Virus record (IMG/VR): IMGVR_UViG_3300005512_000183
Span: 1 to 32,998 of that record
DNA: 32,998 nt
Direction: 5' to 3' (one strand)
From: a virus
Lineage: Duplodnaviria; Caudoviricetes
Shown: positions 28,550-32,998 of the stretch, one piece after another
How the letters are laid out: each line of letters starts with the position of its first letter
Position numbering within the stretch: the stretch's first letter is position 1
Translations under genes and position numbers: made by a program
The notes under the pieces: generated by a model
The model's database searches: none
What the model saw: the letters and a program-made list of their open reading frames with translations, nothing else
What the model was told of the DNA's origin: nothing

Positions 28550-28621
28550 TTACTTATTCATTACATACATTGTAACTTCAAACCCGAAACGCATTTCTTC
28601 AAAAGTTGGTTTAGTCCACAT
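28550..28621 (-). CDS. pqqA: PqqA, pyrroloquinoline quinone precursor peptide (23 aa)
   Basis: Hand translation MWTKPTFEEMRFGFEVTMYVMNK*; W.KP....R.GFEVT.Y with the E-x3-Y cross-link motif; GAAAGGAGA RBS 6 nt upstream; below the ORF-track cutoff. Confidence 0.95.
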   Translation of the reverse strand: MWTKPTFEEMRFGFEVTMYVMNK

Positions 28622-28701
28622 AATGATTCTCCTTTCATATAATACTTAGATGATAGGAGCAATAATTCGTCTAGTGATTATCATTATTATTGGGTAATGG
28701 T

Positions 28702-28778
28702 TGGTCGGAGATGTAGGATTTGAACCTACGACCCCTACATCCCAAATGTAGTGCGCTACCAGACTGCGCTAATCTCCG
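28702..28778 (-). tRNA. tRNA-Pro(UGG) with encoded CCA
   Basis: CGGAGATTAGCGCAGTCTGGTAGCGCA-CTACA-TTTGGGA-TGTAG-GGGTC-GTAGGTTCAAATCCTAC-ATCTCCG-ACCA; C1:G72 and A73 match tRNA-Pro identity. Confidence 0.97.
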
Positions 28779-28990
28779 GCAATAAACTCTTCTAGTGTGG
28801 GCCGTTCTCGTTTACCCAAAGTATATGCACGAAACTCAGACATAATCTTTTCTTTAGTTGCATTACCATATGCAAGGTTATACAACCGAGTCTGATTGTC
28901 TGAACCAGCTCTCCATACACGATGATCGTCAGAGTAGTCATAGAACCAATCGTGCCTAGATGCTTCATTAAAGAACTGTTCGATATTCAT
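28769..28990 (-). CDS. Hypothetical early protein
   Basis: 73 aa with HDWFYDYSDDHRVWRAG motif; TAATG-coupled to the upstream ORF; stop codon lies inside the tRNA. Confidence 0.75.
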   Translation of the reverse strand: MNIEQFFNEASRHDWFYDYSDDHRVWRAGSDNQTRLYNLAYGNATKEKIMSEFRAYTLGKRERPTLEEFIAGD

Positions 28991-29289
28991 TACACTGTTC
29001 CTGGCAGGTTTCTAGTTGTGTCGATAATATCCTCGACTTCTTCTTTCGTAAGGAAACCCTTTACGGTATCTCCTTCTTCAGTAATAGGTGGGAACGAGCA
29101 TGGCTGTCCATTACGAACCAGCATGATTTCAAACAATCCCCTATCGCCGCCATAAGAACTCTTATGCGATACGATGGATAGACCGTAACCATTATCAAAA
29201 TCAATTTCACCAGCATACTCGTTCCCTTTCAGACTACCATCAAATTGTAGGTAGTCGGAAACTTTACATTCTTTCACACCTTCAAACAT
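28990..29289 (-). CDS. Hypothetical early protein
   Basis: Likely start MFEGVKE at 29289 (TAATG coupling); FDNGYGLSIV..SYGG..GLFEI..VKGFLT..EV motif common in small phage early proteins. Confidence 0.8.
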   Translation of the reverse strand: MFEGVKECKVSDYLQFDGSLKGNEYAGEIDFDNGYGLSIVSHKSSYGGDRGLFEIMLVRNGQPCSFPPITEEGDTVKGFLTKEEVEDIIDTTRNLPGTV

Positions 29290-29555
29290 TAGAAGCACAT
29301 TACCTTTTGTTTCATGTTACCGTTACCGTCATACCAAGTCTTCACCCAGCACTTAGTCATCCGTCCAGTGGTGGTAGCGATACCAGTGTCAATCTGAACC
29401 TTGTCGCCAATCTTCACAGTTTGTCCTAAGACTTGTCCGATAACTTGTTTAAGAATTTGATGTTCGATAGCTGCACTGTTTGTTTGGAACTCAAACGCAT
29501 TCGCATTACCAGTGACACCAACAACCATCATCATTGCAATTAAAAGTTTTTTCAT
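29289..29555 (-). CDS. Secreted/periplasmic hypothetical protein
   Basis: MKKLLIAMMMVVGVTGNANA|F signal peptide with AxA site; GAGGTG RBS; two C-terminal Cys. Confidence 0.75.
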   Translation of the reverse strand: MKKLLIAMMMVVGVTGNANAFEFQTNSAAIEHQILKQVIGQVLGQTVKIGDKVQIDTGIATTTGRMTKCWVKTWYDGNGNMKQKVMCF

Positions 29556-29586
29556 ATTTCACCTCTTTTTCTCAACTTACATATAC

Positions 29587-29615
29587 ATTATATGTTATAA
29601 GAACAGGAATGTCAA
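29587..29615 (-). promoter_or_regulatory. Sigma70-type early promoter (perfect consensus)
   Basis: TTGACA-17nt-TATAAT with T-tracts upstream. Confidence 0.9.
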
Positions 29616-29660
29616 GCATTTATGCTAAAAAAATGCCAAAAAAATAATCAATAGAATCAA

Positions 29661-29915
29661 TCACTTATCAATTAAGTCAGAATATTTTTTAAGTTTTTCA
29701 CGTTTTTCGTTTGCGTAAACACCAATTGACACCGAATCAATACCAAGGTGATTCGCTGTAAGGTTAATCATAAATTGTAGATCACCTAGTTCCTTTGTCA
29801 GTTTGGATGTGTCATTACCAAACCTCATAATCTTAGATGCTTCTTGAATAACCTCACCACACTCTTCCATGAGTATCGTGAGGCATTCTTCTTTTCTATT
29901 GAGTAGAGGCTTCAT
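29661..29915 (-). CDS. Short MazG-like NTP pyrophosphohydrolase-fold protein
   Basis: LMEECGEVIQEASK..L.KELGDL motif. Confidence 0.75.
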   Translation of the reverse strand: MKPLLNRKEECLTILMEECGEVIQEASKIMRFGNDTSKLTKELGDLQFMINLTANHLGIDSVSIGVYANEKREKLKKYSDLIDK

Positions 29916-30081
29916 CTAGTTCATTCTCCAACTCAGTCTTGAGAGTCTTCAATCGACTATTCATCCATCCAATTGCAGTATTGATATGTCCAGTGTCATG
30001 CGGCTGCAATTGACTTTCTGCATATTCAATCTCTTCTTTTAACATCCATAGTTTATCAAACTTCTGCTTCGGTGTTGTCAT
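29896..30081 (-). CDS. Hypothetical protein
   Basis: 61 aa, [13 protein letters not shown] motif; overlaps both neighbours in an operon-like way. Confidence 0.7.
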   Translation of the reverse strand: MTTPKQKFDKLWMLKEEIEYAESQLQPHDTGHINTAIGWMNSRLKTLKTELENELDEASTQ

Positions 30082-31117
30082 CTTCTAGTTCCACTTCTTC
30101 TTTGTGATTTCCATACTTGAATTCTTTACTTGCGACTTCATCCAATTGAGCCATGACTTCTTCCGTAAAGAACTTTTCTGGATTGTTGTTAATTGTTTTA
30201 CCAAACGTCTTAGTACCATCAGGCAACTCGATACGAGTAGAGACAGACTTAAAGACACCATACTTCAGCGCCAAGTCCAACAGTCCATAGTAACGATCCA
30301 AACCTTTATCATAGGACAATCGCACATCAACCATTTTGTTTTCAATCGTCAATCGACTCTTAGCATTCTTACAGTGAACGATATTACCGATCACTTCAGT
30401 ACCATCCTTCTCTTTCTTCTTAGAGAGATATACGATACTACTTGCAGCATACTTTAGACCTGACCCGCCTCCCATTTCTTTCGTAGGGAACATCGACCCG
30501 ACCACATCATAGGTATGGTTCGTCACCACCATCGGCACTTTCGCCTTACCAAGTTTCAGAGTTAATACTCTGAACGCCGCTTTGAGAACTTGGGCTCTTG
30601 TCATATCCCTCGTCTCCTTGCCCTCCGCAGTATCCTCTACTTCTTTGGTAGTTGACAACATACCAAGAGAATCAAGACACATCATCAGAGGTTTACGATC
30701 TGCTTCGTTCTGAGTCAGATAGGAGTCCAACACTTTAATCGCTTGAGTTCTGAACTCTTGCACAGTTGTTACTGGTAGGATAACCATGCGAGAGGGGTCG
30801 ATACCACGATCAATCACCATCTGTTTAGTGATTGCAGATTCACTCTCAAAGTATAATACTCCAGCATCTGGGTTTGCATCAAGAAAACTCTTTACCATTC
30901 CCATGACAAAGAATGTCTTACCTGTTGCACTTTCCCCAGCCACCGCAGTAATCTTATTCGCAGGCAACCCACCATAGATACTACCAGACAATAGTGCGTT
31001 AAAGATATAAGAACCAGTGTCGATAAACGAATCAACATCTCCTGCCTCTACACCTTCCGAAACTAATGCTGCGTATTCATTCCCTGCTGTCTTTGCAATG
31101 TCTTTTAGAAAATCCAC
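30056..31117 (-). CDS. uvsX: UvsX RecA-like recombinase
   Basis: Walker [29 protein letters not shown]; GTG start abutting the MazG stop. Confidence 0.95.
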   Translation of the reverse strand: MDFLKDIAKTAGNEYAALVSEGVEAGDVDSFIDTGSYIFNALLSGSIYGGLPANKITAVAGESATGKTFFVMGMVKSFLDANPDAGVLYFESESAITKQMVIDRGIDPSRMVILPVTTVQEFRTQAIKVLDSYLTQNEADRKPLMMCLDSLGMLSTTKEVEDTAEGKETRDMTRAQVLKAAFRVLTLKLGKAKVPMVVTNHTYDVVGSMFPTKEMGGGSGLKYAASSIVYLSKKKEKDGTEVIGNIVHCKNAKSRLTIENKMVDVRLSYDKGLDRYYGLLDLALKYGVFKSVSTRIELPDGTKTFGKTINNNPEKFFTEEVMAQLDEVASKEFKYGNHKEEVELEDDNTEAEV

Positions 31118-31528
31118 TTATACATCTCCTTCATCTCTATTGTTAGAACGAAATGCCTCAAAACCATCTGGGTATCTCGCTTCCAACTTTTCAATATTCA
31201 TGTAGATAATATCTTCTATACTAGTATCTAGTGCGATACAGGCCTGAGAGATATACCACATGATATCTCCAAGTTCTCTTTTCAGATGAAAGATAGTATG
31301 TTCATCCATCGCCTTGCCTTGGAAGATACACTTCTTCACTACCTCAGTAAACTCACCACCTTCTGCACATATACCTAGTGCAGCGGTAATCAATCGCTCT
31401 GGGGGAACTTCAGAAGTCTCCTCAATAATATCCAATGCCTCTATAAAGGATTCACTATCCTTAGATGCATCAGATGTAACCTCATCTACAAATCGAGTGT
31501 AGTCAAGTAATAGTTCAGTGTCGCTCAT
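31118..31528 (-). CDS. mazG: MazG nucleotide pyrophosphohydrolase
   Basis: AALGICAEGGEFTEVVKK..FQGK..HLKRELGDIMWY..NIEKLEARYP; start at 31528 favoured by GGAG RBS. Confidence 0.9.
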   Translation of the reverse strand: MSDTELLLDYTRFVDEVTSDASKDSESFIEALDIIEETSEVPPERLITAALGICAEGGEFTEVVKKCIFQGKAMDEHTIFHLKRELGDIMWYISQACIALDTSIEDIIYMNIEKLEARYPDGFEAFRSNNRDEGDV

Positions 31529-31552
31529 AGCATTCTCCATTTAATAAACATC

Positions 31553-31581
31553 AGTATAACAGAAGTACAGGGAAGTGTCAA
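31553..31581 (-). promoter_or_regulatory. Sigma70-type promoter for mazG-uvsX
   Basis: TTGACA-17nt-TATACT with extended TG. Confidence 0.85.
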
Positions 31582-31589
31582 TAGATTTC

Positions 31590-31740
31590 TCTCAGTTTTA
31601 GGGGGGAGGGGCTTATACGATGTAACGCATAAAAGCAAAATATGTGCTACATCAGATAAAGTATTGTGAAATATTTGTCTGTATCTTTATTGCATTTATA
31701 GATTACCAAACGGTTCTCAGTTTTGGGGGTATACCAATAG
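31590..31740 (-). other. Structured non-coding element (candidate sRNA or replication origin)
   Basis: No ORF on the coding strand; direct repeat CCCCC(T)AAAACTGAGA at 31590-31606 and 31715-31729; hairpin at 31619-31653. Confidence 0.45.
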
Positions 31741-31744
31741 ACGC

Positions 31745-31773
31745 AGTATACCACAGAACGCCTCAGATGTCAA
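31745..31773 (-). promoter_or_regulatory. Sigma70-type promoter facing the non-coding element
   Basis: TTGACA-17nt-TATACT with TGTG extension. Confidence 0.85.
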
Positions 31774-31778
31774 GCACT

Positions 31779-32123
31779 TTATTCACCCATCATGTAATAT
31801 CCCTTAGCGAATACTTTGAACTGGTTATCCACTTGTTCTAAGACCATCAACTCAGTACCAGTAAAGTATTCCACTGCCGCTCTCATAGGGTTCAGTAATG
31901 CAATTGGAATCAATGACTTAATAGGGCCTTTCCAATCAGACATACCATCAGTAATCATATTGAAGTAATGTGTAAGGCATTCCTTCTCTACTGTATACCG
32001 AACAGCATCAGGCAGTCTCTTGAACTCCTCAGTCTGCATAAACTTCCACTTAGTAAACGCATTGCCTTTGTCAAACTCTTTATTCAACTCAGCAATCTCA
32101 GTAGCGGTAAACTCTTTAGACAT
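31779..32123 (-). CDS. Hypothetical early protein
   Basis: 114 aa; GAGGAG RBS; DWKGPI..AAVEYFTG..V.AKGY motif. Confidence 0.75.
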   Translation of the reverse strand: MSKEFTATEIAELNKEFDKGNAFTKWKFMQTEEFKRLPDAVRYTVEKECLTHYFNMITDGMSDWKGPIKSLIPIALLNPMRAAVEYFTGTELMVLEQVDNQFKVFAKGYYMMGE

Positions 32124-32383
32124 TAAGCAACTCCTCTTACTAGTCTCATTAAATCCTTATCAGCATAGTCACCACGAGCACACCAATTCCTCATTGCAGA
32201 ACACTCAGTAGCATTCTTTAAACAAGTATCGAACATAGGACAGGTATCGCAAGGACACTCTCTCTTGTTCTCAGGCCCTAAGTGAATCTCAGTGGTGTTG
32301 TAGATAGGAGCTTTATTATCCTCATCTAACCACTTAGTTCCTTTACCCATGTAAACTTCAGAATCATACCAAACTTCATTCAT
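32123..32383 (-). CDS. Cys-rich putative metal-binding early protein
   Basis: C-x-C-x2-C-x5-C-x6-C-x6-C; GAGAGG RBS. Confidence 0.7.
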   Translation of the reverse strand: MNEVWYDSEVYMGKGTKWLDEDNKAPIYNTTEIHLGPENKRECPCDTCPMFDTCLKNATECSAMRNWCARGDYADKDLMRLVRGVA

Positions 32384-32415
32384 ATTTAAACCTCTCTTTC
32401 AAACCCAACATAGCT

Positions 32416-32444
32416 AATATAATCATTATCAAAGCGAATGTCAA
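32416..32444 (-). promoter_or_regulatory. Sigma70-type early promoter
   Basis: TTGACA-17nt-TATATT. Confidence 0.8.
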
Positions 32445-32496
32445 GGCCTTTTTGCCATTTTTTTCAACATTCGCTAACCCTTGACCCATAAGGGTT

Positions 32497-32898
32497 TCAG
32501 ACTGCCTGATATGGTTTATCCCACTTACCAACACCCACACTCATGTAATATGCAGTGTGAAAGTAGTCAGTCATGGCGTCCGATTCGTCAAACCACAAAT
32601 CACCTACACCAGCCTTGAATGGGGCAGTCTTAATGATCTCCACAATCTTATCAAAGAAACCTTGATACTTACCATACCAATCTGTGTGATAATGGTTAAT
32701 AGAAGTTTCCTCGTTGATATTAATCACACGATCCTCACCCTTCATCCATTGAGTAAAGACTTCAAACGCAGGGCCTTTCATTATATTCACACAAACCTCA
32801 TGGTGATGCCTCTTAGTAACGCTGAACTTATACTCTGGAAACTCCTTCTTGAGTTCCTTGCGAATCGCAGCGACTTCTTCTGTTGAAATATATGCCAT
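32497..32898 (-). CDS. LPD29-like (large polyvalent protein-associated) domain protein
   Basis: IRKELKKEFP..KFSV N-terminus and DAMTDYFH C-terminal motif; AAGGAG RBS. Confidence 0.65.
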   Translation of the reverse strand: MAYISTEEVAAIRKELKKEFPEYKFSVTKRHHHEVCVNIMKGPAFEVFTQWMKGEDRVININEETSINHYHTDWYGKYQGFFDKIVEIIKTAPFKAGVGDLWFDESDAMTDYFHTAYYMSVGVGKWDKPYQAV

Positions 32899-32931
32899 GT
32901 AACTCTCTCCTTAATTTCTCACTATACCTAT

Positions 32932-32960
32932 ATGTTACCAGAACAAATCGGCATTGTCAA
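32932..32960 (-). promoter_or_regulatory. Sigma70-type early promoter
   Basis: TTGACA-17nt-TAACAT with extended TG. Confidence 0.8.
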
Positions 32961-32998
32961 GCAGAAAAAAGCAATAAAAAAACCCTTGAAAATCAAGG

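Noticed and set aside
28702-28778. tRNA as a prophage attachment site
   Set aside because: No integrase, no duplicated tRNA 3' end, and phage genes continue on both sides
843-32886. Many plus-strand ORFs and alternate-frame minus-strand ORFs in the track (e.g. 6310..6774, 10825..11346, 18014..18598, 28341..28649, 31644..31841)
   Set aside because: They are shadows of clear minus-strand genes, with no recognisable motifs; 28341..28649 is antisense to pqqA and gp5

Overview
AT-rich segment of a large T4-like (myovirus) phage genome, of the marine or aquatic cyanophage/pelagiphage/methylophage type, with every credible gene on the minus strand. Read right to left, 32998-28530 is an early/accessory region driven by five sigma70-type promoters. 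It encodes an LPD29-like protein, small hypotheticals, two MazG-like proteins flanking uvsX, a secreted protein and tRNA-Pro(UGG). 28489-1 is a late virion module under TATAAATA-type promoters: a split gp5 with two M15 peptidases, PAAR, an SNase-like nuclease, gp25, gp6, gp7, a gp9/10-like protein, gp8, a VrlC-like protein and a modular tail-fibre/adaptor array. Main findings: (1) a 23-aa ORF missed by the ORF track (28550-28621, MWTKPTFEEMRFGFEVTMYVMNK) that is a PqqA PQQ-cofactor precursor peptide, suggesting a methylotroph or other quinoprotein-using host; (2) a hairpin that appears to be early terminator, late promoter and RBS sequester for gp5 at once; (3) a gp5 split through the middle of a small beta-domain that could rejoin by fold complementation; (4) a promoter-driven, structured, ORF-free ~150-nt element; (5) a shared DNA cassette and paired docking motifs among the fibre genes. 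All family assignments come from motif recognition; no database searches were run.
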